Source: a virus (taxonomy: Duplodnaviria > Caudoviricetes). From it: a DNA stretch of 30,972 bases. How positions within the stretch are numbered: the first letter of the stretch is position 1; each line of letters opens with the position of its first letter. The DNA is taken from IMG/VR virus record IMGVR_UViG_3300030376_005550, positions 1 through 30,972 of that record; one strand, 5' to 3'. Below the pieces are notes generated by a model, which worked only from the letters and a program-made list of their open reading frames with translations, had not been told where the DNA came from and searched no databases. Positions 1 to 8,301 of this stretch are shown here, piece by piece. The position numbers were made by a program, and so were the translations under genes.

Positions 1-209
1 TAAATATTCTGTTGAATATCTGCCAGCCTCGGAAGGTACCGCGCCTCAACCGGTTGGGCATTCATCTTCACCGTATTGCCAGCCTCATATGCCAAGGCCT
101 GCTCGGTGTCCTCCTCTAAATCCACTTGGTCCTGCTTTGTCAACTTACCAAATGCATTGGGCTCAAACCGTGCGACCAACTTCTTCATGTCCATCATCTT
201 GTCTGCCAT
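1..209 (-). CDS. hypothetical phage protein, partial (runs off the left edge)
   Basis: ATG at 209, 4 nt after the stop of the HTH gene; frame MADKMMDMKKLVARFEPNAFGKLTKQDQVDLEED... stays open to the window edge; absent from the ORF track because it is truncated. Confidence 0.7.
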   Translation of the reverse strand, partial: MADKMMDMKKLVARFEPNAFGKLTKQDQVDLEEDTEQALAYEAGNTVKMNAQPVEARYLPRLADIQQNI

Positions 210-213
210 GGGG

Positions 214-387
214 CTAGTTTATATTCTCGCGCTCAATTCGGTCCACTTCTTCCTTGGGGATTCTGACGGTGCGGCCAAAGCGGAAGATTCTAATCTCCTG
301 GTTCATGTAGAGGCGTCGGACACATTGCTCTGATACTTTCCAACGATCAGCTACCTGTTTGACTGTATAGCAGTTTGACCTATCCAT
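214..387 (-). CDS. excisionase-like helix-turn-helix DNA-binding protein (HTH_17/MerR-like)
   Basis: YTVKQVADRWKVSEQCVRRLY...IRIFRFGRTVRIPKEEVDR fits the Xis-like winged HTH pattern; AGGAG lies 6 nt before the ATG at 387. Confidence 0.8.
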   Translation of the reverse strand: MDRSNCYTVKQVADRWKVSEQCVRRLYMNQEIRIFRFGRTVRIPKEEVDRIERENIN

Positions 388-645
388 TTGCATCTCCTGT
401 GCTGTTTTCACCATATTAGATAAATATCTGAAACTAATCCAAGAGGGCGCACGAAAAATGTGCGCGGTCCGTGCCCGCAAATAAACTCCGCTAAATCACA
501 AATACCTAACACGTTTATTCGGGACGTTTATTCCCCAGACAGAACAAGAGGTTACAGAGAAACTCCCCGAAACGCGGAATTATACCAGCACATTTATCTC
601 CAAGTTACGAATTCTGCGAAGTACATGTTAGACCCCGCTAATTAG

Positions 646-849
646 CTACGGCAAGTGCCGGTAGAGAGCCCATAGCTCAGTGCCATCTTTAGTCTCGCCA
701 GCACGCTCAAAGCTGATTGCGTCATGGTCTTCAATCAGTTCCGCAAACTCCCATCTCCTAAATAAGCCTGGGATACGCTTCCAATCGCTTAGGTCATCAG
801 GGTTCATGAACGGGTCTTCTTGCTTCTTCAGTAAATCTTTAATGGGCAT
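646..849 (-). CDS. hypothetical protein
   Basis: Strong SD AGGAGGT before the ATG at 849; 67 aa of plausible composition. Confidence 0.7.
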   Translation of the reverse strand: MPIKDLLKKQEDPFMNPDDLSDWKRIPGLFRRWEFAELIEDHDAISFERAGETKDGTELWALYRHLP

Positions 850-1400
850 AGCCACCTCCTACTACCTAAACGCGGGTTTGGAGTGCTAAGTGGGACACAT
901 AACGCATTGCGTCATGTGAAAAGATGAATAGTGGGTGTGAGTGTTAACATAAACAACAACACAAACATAAACCGGGGATACCCCCCCTGACGCATTGCAG
1001 CATAAATCATCCATCCGTTCCCCTTCTAACGTCCTGAAATCATTGAGCTTTTGCTTGTGTCTCCCATTGTTGACGCCTGGCTGTCGATACAGGCGCGCGC
1101 ATACTTTTGGAGACGCTTTGATTGACCGGGAAGAGGCATAAAGCTTGAGGGAATTCCCTGAGCGCAGGAAGGGAGAGGCCGGAAAAGAGGGAAGCAGACA
1201 GAGGAAACCTTACGGGAAGATATATTTCTTCCTCTATCTCTTCCCAAATTGGCCTAAATCCAGCTTGAAGCCATTTCCCACCAAAGTCAATCCCAATACT
1301 CAATCCACCATGGAAACGCCGTGAGATCGGCTCCAGTGAGCCGTGAGCTTATCCACCATAGAAAGGTTTCTCTCTAAATGTTTTCAACGGAAAACGACCC

Positions 1401-1640
1401 CGGTACAGTCCCGTACAAAAGGTTCCCCCCTTTAGGGGGGGGAACCAACTTGTACGGAACGGATTCTGATACCGCTCTGGTACAAATGTCCGTACAAGTC
1501 CGTACAAGTGGTCTGCTAACCCATTGATATCGTTAGACTCTGATTTGTACGGCGATTTGTACGAGTTGTACCTTGTCTGATAATCCGTACAAAATGGCAC
1601 TTGTACCAGGGGGGGTCTGGTACAACTCTGATTTGTACCA
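1401..1640. repeat. iteron-like GTACAA/TTGTAC repeat cluster with hairpins; putative replication origin
   Basis: 13 GTAC cores in about 240 bp, in both orientations, immediately downstream of the primase-helicase; inverted repeats at 1411-1457 and 1601-1625. Confidence 0.75.
1517..1529. promoter_or_regulatory. IHF-binding consensus site
   Basis: TAACCCATTGATA matches YAANNNNTTGATW exactly and sits between oppositely oriented repeat groups. Confidence 0.6.
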
Positions 1641-1665
1641 AGTTGTCTGACAATGCTGCACCGCA

Positions 1666-3654
1666 TCAAAGACTGATCTTCATCATTTTAAGGATGCTTG
1701 ACCACGCTTCGTCGACGACGGTGTATCCGTACTGGTCGGCCTGGATTAAATTGTTGGAAAGCAATGCATGAATCAATCGGTTACCTGAGCCGGGTTTCAT
1801 CTCTTGATCGATGCTCTTTGGCTTGAGTCCCTTTACATCAGTGAGCCAAGTTCGGAGCTGGGATATGCTGAGCCACGGAAGCCCGTCACGATCCATCGTG
1901 CAGCCGCCATGCACCCAAGCCCTGGCAAACCTATCCTTGCGCCCAGCAATGACGCTGTCGACTTCAATGGGTTCGCTTGCTGCTTGGGGCACTGCCGAGC
2001 TAACCGGCTCGCCGTCTTCATCAAACCAGCCGGGAATGTCCACGCTAATCAGCTCGCACTGATGCGACATAGCGAGTTCGGCATCTTTAGATTTGCGCTG
2101 AATGATCTCAATCGGCTTATCGCCCTTAGCTGGAACAACCGAGATCTCGATATCAAGTGCGCCACGCCATGCGCTCGAACCTCGCGCCCTATGCTGAGCA
2201 TCACCAGCAACACCGGTATGATGGACGAGCAAGACTGAGCAGTTAAAGGTTTGCATCAAGTTTGCGCAAGCATCGAGCATACCCTTAGCATCTTGTGCGC
2301 TGTTCTCATCACCGAGCAGAAAGCGGTGCAGCGTATCCACAACGATTAGTTTGGGAGGCGTGGGAAGAGCCCGCAGAGATTCGGCAACCTTCTGGTATCC
2401 AATATCAGTGTTAAGATCACACCCCGCTTTTGACAGCCACATCTGAAGCGAGCCCACTTTGTGATAGTGTTTCCACGCCGCAACCCGACCCCTCAGTCCA
2501 TGATGACCCTCGCCAGCAAGGTAGACGACTGGGGCAGGCCGTACTTTATGGCCTCGCCAATCCTGCACACCACCAGCAATCCGAAGCGCCCAGTCGAGGA
2601 CGACAAAAGTCTTACCGCCGCCGCTTGGTCCATGAACCATCATGAGTGCATTGTCTTGGAGCCACCTTTTAACAAGCCAGGAGATTGGCGCGGGTTGTTG
2701 GCTCCACTCATCAGCGGGAACAAGCCAATCGCTAACTTCTGGTGTGAGTACGGACATAAGATCTTGGCCGCTGTTGTGGTAATCGTTGGCATCACCGGAC
2801 TCAGGAGGACTCACAACCAAAGCTGCATGTTTTGCCGCGGCTTCATGTGCTTTAGCTAGGCCAACGCCCGAGTGATCATTATCGGCAACGATAACAATCC
2901 GCTGGGCCTGCCCATACTGCTCGCGAATAGTGCCAGCAACTAAAGGAAGATTACTTGCCGAGAATGCAGTGATAACCATTTCGCCGGTTACCTCACGAAT
3001 AGTTGCGGCGGTAGCGAAACCCTCAGCAATGTAAATGGTGTCGCTGGGCATACCCAGCGCAAAGTAGCAGCCAGTGACACGACCGCCCCGATGGTAAATC
3101 TTGCCCCCACTCCCGTCGATGTACTGAAGCGAGCTGAGCTTGTACGACTCATCGTAAAGCGGAACCATCAGCCGCCCGTCTTGAGCAATGCGAACACCAT
3201 GAGCCCGAACCTGCTTACGGTCTAAATAGGGATGGTCATCGCTTGCAGTCTGGGCGTTGTCCCAGATGCGAGCCACTTCTTGACGTGTGTTTTCATGCTG
3301 TCGCTCAAGCTCCTGACGTCGCAGGGCTTTAGCTTTCTCGATGACTGCTTGACTGCGTGCAATCTCTTGCGGTGTCAGCTCACGCCCCAAGTTTGCGCGC
3401 CAGTCTTGTTTGATGTCCTTTCGCCAACAGCCGAAAGCCCCGCCCGGTATGTCGTCACCATGCGCAACATACCAACCAGTTTTACCGCCCTTTTCGTCAG
3501 AGTCAAAGCGGTGCATTAAACCGTCGAGGACAATCTCGAATGGTGGACACAAGCCCGCTTTCTCGATTGCGTCGCGCAGTTGCGCCTCTGGTGGATCAAC
3601 CTGCGTAGGTGATGCGTCGAATGGTTTACCGAATATTTCAATCAAATCGCTCAT
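1666..3654 (-). CDS. primase-helicase (TOPRIM domain plus AAA_25/RepA-like helicase)
   Basis: TOPRIM motifs YIAEGFATAA and IVIVADND; Walker A GPSGGGKT; Walker B LIVVDT; VHHTG..RGSSA helicase motif; ATG at 3654 follows GGGGGA. Confidence 0.9.
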   Translation of the reverse strand: MSDLIEIFGKPFDASPTQVDPPEAQLRDAIEKAGLCPPFEIVLDGLMHRFDSDEKGGKTGWYVAHGDDIPGGAFGCWRKDIKQDWRANLGRELTPQEIARSQAVIEKAKALRRQELERQHENTRQEVARIWDNAQTASDDHPYLDRKQVRAHGVRIAQDGRLMVPLYDESYKLSSLQYIDGSGGKIYHRGGRVTGCYFALGMPSDTIYIAEGFATAATIREVTGEMVITAFSASNLPLVAGTIREQYGQAQRIVIVADNDHSGVGLAKAHEAAAKHAALVVSPPESGDANDYHNSGQDLMSVLTPEVSDWLVPADEWSQQPAPISWLVKRWLQDNALMMVHGPSGGGKTFVVLDWALRIAGGVQDWRGHKVRPAPVVYLAGEGHHGLRGRVAAWKHYHKVGSLQMWLSKAGCDLNTDIGYQKVAESLRALPTPPKLIVVDTLHRFLLGDENSAQDAKGMLDACANLMQTFNCSVLLVHHTGVAGDAQHRARGSSAWRGALDIEISVVPAKGDKPIEIIQRKSKDAELAMSHQCELISVDIPGWFDEDGEPVSSAVPQAASEPIEVDSVIAGRKDRFARAWVHGGCTMDRDGLPWLSISQLRTWLTDVKGLKPKSIDQEMKPGSGNRLIHALLSNNLIQADQYGYTVVDEAWSSILKMMKISL

Positions 3655-3671
3655 AGGTCCCCCCGACAAAC

Positions 3672-3869
3672 TTAAGAGTTCGCCGCCCTTTCTAGCTTTT
3701 CGTGCTCTTTTGTTAGTGACTCCAATCCGATCATAAGCGCAACGCGGATAACGTCTGAGCGTGATGCGCTAAAGATGCTTGGCCGTAAAACCGGAAGGAT
3801 ATCAATGAGTTGATCGATGCTCTCGATCATATCCGCCGTGCACTTAAATCCTACAATTTGTGACTTCAT
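3672..3869 (-). CDS. ribbon-helix-helix (CopG/Arc-like) transcriptional regulator
   Basis: N-terminal strand IVGFKC, a helix, then SRSDVIRVAL as in RHH helix 2; first gene of the divergent arm; SD GAGGT. Confidence 0.65.
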   Translation of the reverse strand: MKSQIVGFKCTADMIESIDQLIDILPVLRPSIFSASRSDVIRVALMIGLESLTKEHEKLERAANS

Positions 3870-4004
3870 GTTTAACCTCTCAAGAAAAGTACTTTTATTA
3901 TCATAAATCTTTTAACACCCTTTGAAAGAAAGTTGCAACGGCTTTTCACATGTGATTAGTTCACTTTGTCGCAGCAACGCGGCACGAAACAAAGGAAACA
4001 AGAA
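3870..4004. promoter_or_regulatory. divergent promoter/operator region
   Basis: AT-rich gap between divergent operons; palindromes AAAAGTACTTTT (3885-3896) and TCACATGTGA (3946-3955); leftward TTTCAA-N16-TATGAT and a rightward TTGCAA -35-like hexamer. Confidence 0.55.
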
Positions 4005-4445
4005 ATGACTCACCAAACTTTTCAATCTGCAATCACTGCCATCAAAGAAGACCTCGCCGACGGTTCGACTCAAGAGCTGGCGCAATATATCGCAGAGCTT
4101 ATGTCAGATAATGCGATTGAGCATCAATCCGACGACGGTCTTCGCGAAGCGTTCAACACTTACATTGAGAGCCTGACCGACGATATCGACTTAACCAACA
4201 TCGATGAGGATGAGCTTTTCAATCAATCTCAAGATCTTATCGAGGCTGGAAAATGGTGGACCTCAGACGACAATCAATCATCAGTCGGCAAATGGGATAT
4301 CACTACACCCGACGCCGAAATCATAGCTGAACTCGAAGCTCAAGGTTACGAACTGCCATCAGGTAACGGGCGGATTGAAATCGGATAAACGCACGTATTG
4401 AACTGGTGCGCCTAAGCGCAAGCAACACTAAACAAAGGAAACAAG
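3987..4445 (+). repeat. 16-bp direct repeat AAACAAAGGAAACAAG (3987-4002 and 4430-4445), a shared leader/RBS
   Basis: Identical copies precede the ATGs at 4005 and 4449. Confidence 0.85.
4005..4388 (+). CDS. highly acidic early protein, function unknown
   Basis: 127 aa, about 29 D/E versus 5 K/R; SD AAGGA; first gene after the promoter region. Confidence 0.8.
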   Translation: MTHQTFQSAITAIKEDLADGSTQELAQYIAELMSDNAIEHQSDDGLREAFNTYIESLTDDIDLTNIDEDELFNQSQDLIEAGKWWTSDDNQSSVGKWDITTPDAEIIAELEAQGYELPSGNGRIEIG

Positions 4446-4448
4446 TAA

Positions 4449-4679
4449 ATGAAGACATTCATCAGGGTGGAGTATCACCTTCACACAATCACTTTTACTT
4501 CACTCAGCAACATCGGCACCGATACCTGCAACTTCTATCACGTGGAGATTGAGGGCCCAGACGGCGAGCAGATCTATGAAGAGGTTGAGCTTGAGAACTG
4601 GACCGGCTTAGACAAAACCCTTACGAAGCTCCAGAAGTTTATTGACATTCCGGCAGACGAGCGAGGTGCGTTGCAATGA
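4449..4679 (+). CDS. small acidic hypothetical protein
   Basis: Same leader/SD as the previous gene; ATGA overlap with the next gene. Confidence 0.75.
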   Translation: MKTFIRVEYHLHTITFTSLSNIGTDTCNFYHVEIEGPDGEQIYEEVELENWTGLDKTLTKLQKFIDIPADERGALQ

Positions 4680-4864
4680 TGATTACCGTACCGGAAAGCA
4701 TTCGAGCCGCCATGCGTTCAGACTCACAACGCGACGCGATAGAAGCGGCATTTGCACTGAAGCAATCCTATTATCAGGCGCGCGGGTTTTCTCGCGCAGC
4801 GGCGACAGAACGGGCTTGGTCTTCATTGATCCAGGATCTCCCAAACAAATTTAGCTGGAGTTGA
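4676..4864 (+). CDS. hypothetical protein
   Basis: ATGA overlap with the upstream gene; SD GAGGTG. Confidence 0.65.
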   Translation: MMITVPESIRAAMRSDSQRDAIEAAFALKQSYYQARGFSRAAATERAWSSLIQDLPNKFSWS

Positions 4865-4866
4865 GA

Positions 4867-5121
4867 ATGTTTCATTTAGGTTTTCAAAACAAGCGTCGCA
4901 GAGGCGGGGCTATATCGCTTCAGTTTGCGGTAATGTTGCCACGGGTCAAACCGTACTCTCTATTCATCAATTGGTGCCGACGAGGTAAAACTTCGATTAC
5001 AGAGCGTCGCTTATCTTTTCGTTGGCCGCGTCTTAGGGTGATACAGGTGGGGCCGTTTCTTGATCGGGCATCGATTCTCACGATGGCTCGCGGCGCTATG
5101 AATGCAATCTTAAACCGCTAA
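4867..5121 (+). CDS. basic hypothetical protein
   Basis: Fills the operon gap; GGAG upstream of the ATG at 4867; no recognisable motif. Confidence 0.45.
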   Translation: MFHLGFQNKRRRGGAISLQFAVMLPRVKPYSLFINWCRRGKTSITERRLSFRWPRLRVIQVGPFLDRASILTMARGAMNAILNR

Positions 5122-5137
5122 AACAAAGGGGCAGATA

Positions 5138-5629
5138 ATGAGTAAGCAAGACAAAGAAATTATGGAAACTGAGGGCGATGTCACGTGGGAGCGTGAGGAG
5201 CTTTACCACGGCTTTGGTGATTGGAATCGCAAAGTGAATGCCGTCCTCTTTCACCTTTTCACTTGGAAGATCATAGCGTTTGCGCTGCTTGCAATGACGG
5301 TGATTCATTTCACGGCGACGGCAGCATTGGCGCTTGAGCGTGATAGCGTTTACAAGACCACGGGCAGCACCGTTCGTTTTGAATACAACAAGCATTTGTT
5401 TAGCCTGCCAGGCTATGACGTCATTCTGAAGCGTCGCGAGTTTCACGACAGACGGGAGACGCTGGCAGAGGCGGTGAGAAAGGAGCGAGAGCGAGAGCTT
5501 GAGTTGCTGGAGTTTCAAAAGAAGCGGCTCCAGTATCAAAAGGAAAACGTTGGGCTGGCTGAGCTACCCGACGCACCAGGAGAAGATATTCTTGGTGAAC
5601 TTGGAATGAGAGGCCCTGCGGGCCATTAA
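5138..5629 (+). CDS. hypothetical membrane protein with C-terminal coiled coil
   Basis: Hydrophobic IIAFALLAMTVIHFTATAALAL segment; charged helical tail; SD AAGGGG. Confidence 0.75.
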   Translation: MSKQDKEIMETEGDVTWEREELYHGFGDWNRKVNAVLFHLFTWKIIAFALLAMTVIHFTATAALALERDSVYKTTGSTVRFEYNKHLFSLPGYDVILKRREFHDRRETLAEAVRKERERELELLEFQKKRLQYQKENVGLAELPDAPGEDILGELGMRGPAGH

Positions 5630-5641
5630 AGGAGAAACAAA

Positions 5642-6304
5642 GTGGTTAAGATTAGTAGGACATCAGACACAACATACCAGCACCTCAAGGTGTTGACGTA
5701 TGGGGGCGCAGGGGTTGGCAAAACCACGCTTTGTGCAACGGCCAAAGACTGCATCATCATTAGCGCCGAGAGCGGGCTATTGAGTCTGCGCAATCATGAC
5801 CTTCCGGTCATCGAGGTTACGAGCTTGGCAGAGGTTCAGGAGGCTTACAAGTTCTTGACGGAGAGCGACGAGGCCAAGGGCTTTCGTTGGGTATGCATCG
5901 ATTCATTGAGTGAGATCGCAGAAGTCGTTCTTGCTCAGGAAAAGAAAAGCAGCAAAGATCCAAGGCGCGCTTATGGCGAGCTTCAAGATCGCATGGCTCA
6001 ACTCATCCGAGCGTTCCGAGACTTACCTCGTCACGTTTACATGAGTGCAAAGGCTGAGCGTTTGCAGGATGAGAACGGGGCGATGCTCTGGAACCCATCA
6101 ATGCCAGGGCAGAAGCTTGGGCAATCGTTGCCATACTACTTCGACGAAGTGTTTGCACTTCGAACAAAGCAAGTAGAAGACGAAGTGCGCCGAGCGTTGC
6201 AGACTGGTAGCGATGGCGTGTGGACAGCGAAAGACAGAAGCGGGTCGTTGGCCCAATTTGAAGAACCAAACTTGGAAGCAATTCTTAACAAGATTATTAA
6301 CTGA
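5642..6304 (+). CDS. Sak4-like recombinase / AAA_24 phage NTP-binding protein
   Basis: Walker A YGGAGVGKTT, then SAESGLLS, Walker B VCIDSLSE and a C-terminal AKDRSG motif; SD AAGGAG. Confidence 0.85.
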   Translation: MVKISRTSDTTYQHLKVLTYGGAGVGKTTLCATAKDCIIISAESGLLSLRNHDLPVIEVTSLAEVQEAYKFLTESDEAKGFRWVCIDSLSEIAEVVLAQEKKSSKDPRRAYGELQDRMAQLIRAFRDLPRHVYMSAKAERLQDENGAMLWNPSMPGQKLGQSLPYYFDEVFALRTKQVEDEVRRALQTGSDGVWTAKDRSGSLAQFEEPNLEAILNKIIN

Positions 6305-6317
6305 AGGAAGAAACATC

Positions 6318-6773
6318 ATGGCAACTTTAAACTTCAACGCAAGCAGCTATCAATTTGATGACAACGAGCGGGGCGGCTTTGAGCCCATCCCTGAAGGTTA
6401 CTACCACGTCATCGCCATTGATTCAGAAATCCGTGAGACCAAAGCGGGTAATGGTCGGTACATTCAATTCAAGTTTGAGATCACCGACGCGGGACCGTTC
6501 CAAGGTCGCTACGTTTGGGATCGTTTCAATATGCAAAACCCAAACCCGAAAGCCGTTGAAATCGCTCAGGAAAACCTGGCGCGTTTCTGTCAGGCTGCCG
6601 GGCTAAACTCTATCAGTGACTCGTTCGAACTTCATCACCGACCGGTCAAGGTCAAGATCGCTCAGCGTGAATGGAACGGACAAGTGCAGAATGAGATCAA
6701 AGGATATCGGCGCGCCGAGCTTGGTAACGCAACTGGGACGCAACCGAAGCAAGACAACAACCTCCCGTTCTGA
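6318..6773 (+). CDS. single-stranded DNA-binding protein (DUF669-like)
   Basis: FEPIPEGYY...ETKAGNGRYI...GRYVWDRFN...NEIKGY and an SSB-type DNNLPF C-terminus; next to the Sak4-like gene. Confidence 0.85.
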   Translation: MATLNFNASSYQFDDNERGGFEPIPEGYYHVIAIDSEIRETKAGNGRYIQFKFEITDAGPFQGRYVWDRFNMQNPNPKAVEIAQENLARFCQAAGLNSISDSFELHHRPVKVKIAQREWNGQVQNEIKGYRRAELGNATGTQPKQDNNLPF

Positions 6774-6784
6774 TTGAGCGGATC

Positions 6785-6823
6785 GAGCGTCAGCCCTTTG
6801 GGTTGGGCTGGCGCTTTCTTTCT
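6785..6823 (+). terminator. putative intrinsic terminator
   Basis: Stem AGCGTCAGCCC/GGGCTGGCGCT followed by TTCTTTCT, just after the SSB gene. Confidence 0.65.
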
Positions 6824-6845
6824 AACTTTAACTCAGGTGAATGAC

Positions 6846-7181
6846 ATGGCGAATTGGATCAAAGCGAGACAGGTGTTTAGGACATCGGACTCAACAAGCA
6901 TGAAAGATGCGACCCCCATTGTAAAGCCGGTGTGGACCAGCATGGTAGGTAAGCGTGGGCTAACAGGAGAGTGTCGCAACTATTTAATCAATCTGGATTC
7001 TGCAATTCATATTGCGGACTGGGGAAAGCATCGTCTCGTTATCGACGGGAAAGACTGCGGAACCGTTCCAGTGGTGCGAATACATTTCGCAGCAACAGAT
7101 GAGCAAGCGATTGAAGAAAAGTGTATCATTGCAGATTTCAATATGATCGTAGGAAAAGTTTCAGCCGAAAGGGTCGAGTAA
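6846..7181 (+). CDS. hypothetical protein
   Basis: ATG at 6846 after AGGTGA; TAATG overlap with the next gene. Confidence 0.7.
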   Translation: MANWIKARQVFRTSDSTSMKDATPIVKPVWTSMVGKRGLTGECRNYLINLDSAIHIADWGKHRLVIDGKDCGTVPVVRIHFAATDEQAIEEKCIIADFNMIVGKVSAERVE

Positions 7182-7336
7182 TGAATGATAATCACGCCAA
7201 ATACAATGACGGCGAGCTATCGCCGAAAGAAGAAAAGCGCCACTGGAAGCGCTTAGAGCTTGAGGAAGAGGCGCGCGAAGAGCGCCGAGCTGAGCGCCAG
7301 GCAGAACTCCGAGAGCGTTATTGGGAGAATGAGTAG
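7181..7336 (+). CDS. small charged hypothetical protein
   Basis: MNDNHAKYNDGELSPKEEKRHW..., 51 aa, coupled to the genes on both sides. Confidence 0.6.
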   Translation: MNDNHAKYNDGELSPKEEKRHWKRLELEEEAREERRAERQAELRERYWENE

Positions 7337-7337
7337 A

Positions 7338-8183
7338 ATGAGAACCACTCTTCAGATACTCGATGAGCGTTTGGAGCGTGAGCAAGATGCCACCCATCGG
7401 CCGCACTTAGGTGCGTCCGGTGTTGGTGGTGAGTGCGAGCGCAAGACGTGGTATTCGTTTCGACACGCAAAGGCTCCGAACTTCAACGCCGAAACTCTGC
7501 GTAAGTTTGCCGATGGTCATTACAGCGAAGAGGTGGTTGCCGAGCAATTGGGGAAAGTTGTCGTTCTATCTGGTCGTCAGGCTCGTTTTCAGGACGGGCA
7601 CTTTGGTGGATCTGTCGACGGCATCATTGAGGCTGGACTAGTGGAGGCACCGGACGAGCCGCATATCTGGGAGCACAAGTGTGTCTCGGACAAGCGTTAT
7701 GATGAGCTTCACCGATTGCGTGAGCGTCATTCCCTTCTTAATGATGAGGGGTCCGTCCTTCTGAAATGGATGCGCACGTATTACGAGCAAGCTCAAATAT
7801 ATATGTACAAGCTTAAGCTCGATTGGCACTACATGACCATTGCGAGTGCAGGGTCTCGGCGTCTGCTCAGTTTACGCACGCCGTTGGATGAATACTACGC
7901 CAGGGAGATCGAGGAGAAAGCGCAACGCATTATCACCACGCGAGAGGCACCGCGCCGGATTGGTGACTTTGATTATTGGCTTTGTCGTTTCTGCGATTAT
8001 GCTGGCATGTGTCACAACAACGAGCAGCCAGACAAAAGTTGTAGAACGTGTCGATACTCGGAGGCCGTTCCAGATGGTCGTTGGAGTTGCAGCTTTTACG
8101 CTAAAGAGATCGACGGACGTGGTGACGAAAATAATTGTAAAGAGTACAGACGTTTCTTGGATGGGGGTCCAATCGTCGAATAG
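7338..8183 (+). CDS. Cas4-like PD-(D/E)XK exonuclease
   Basis: GASGVGGECERK (first Cys), GSVDGI, WEHK, QAQIYM and CRFCDYAGMC (three more Cys); start may be 7329. Confidence 0.85.
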   Translation: MRTTLQILDERLEREQDATHRPHLGASGVGGECERKTWYSFRHAKAPNFNAETLRKFADGHYSEEVVAEQLGKVVVLSGRQARFQDGHFGGSVDGIIEAGLVEAPDEPHIWEHKCVSDKRYDELHRLRERHSLLNDEGSVLLKWMRTYYEQAQIYMYKLKLDWHYMTIASAGSRRLLSLRTPLDEYYAREIEEKAQRIITTREAPRRIGDFDYWLCRFCDYAGMCHNNEQPDKSCRTCRYSEAVPDGRWSCSFYAKEIDGRGDENNCKEYRRFLDGGPIVE

Positions 8184-8301
8184 AATCGGAGAACGCTAAG
8201 CCATTCCCCCGAGGGTCACCGAACACGTTTCGAGAGGTGGTCCATACATGGATGGCTTGCGGCTCGAGGGGGCGCGCACCCCCTCGGGCATTGGGGGCAC
8301 A

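Noticed and set aside
1026-1303. Two overlapping minus-strand ORFs (73 and 87 aa)
   Set aside because: TTG starts, no convincing SD and low-complexity composition; cannot choose or support either.
1401-1640. Possible CRISPR mini-array, prompted by the Cas4-like gene
   Set aside because: Repeats are about 6-9 bp, in mixed orientation and irregularly spaced, with no repeat-spacer periodicity.
1349-1669. 106-aa ORF across the repeat region
   Set aside because: Its recurring CT/VQ/LY/VR words simply translate the GTACAA repeats; better explained as non-coding.
913-3952. 11-mer CTTTTCACATG shared by two intergenic regions (913-923 minus, 3942-3952 plus)
   Set aside because: Many 11-mer matches are expected by chance in 31 kb; only two copies were seen.
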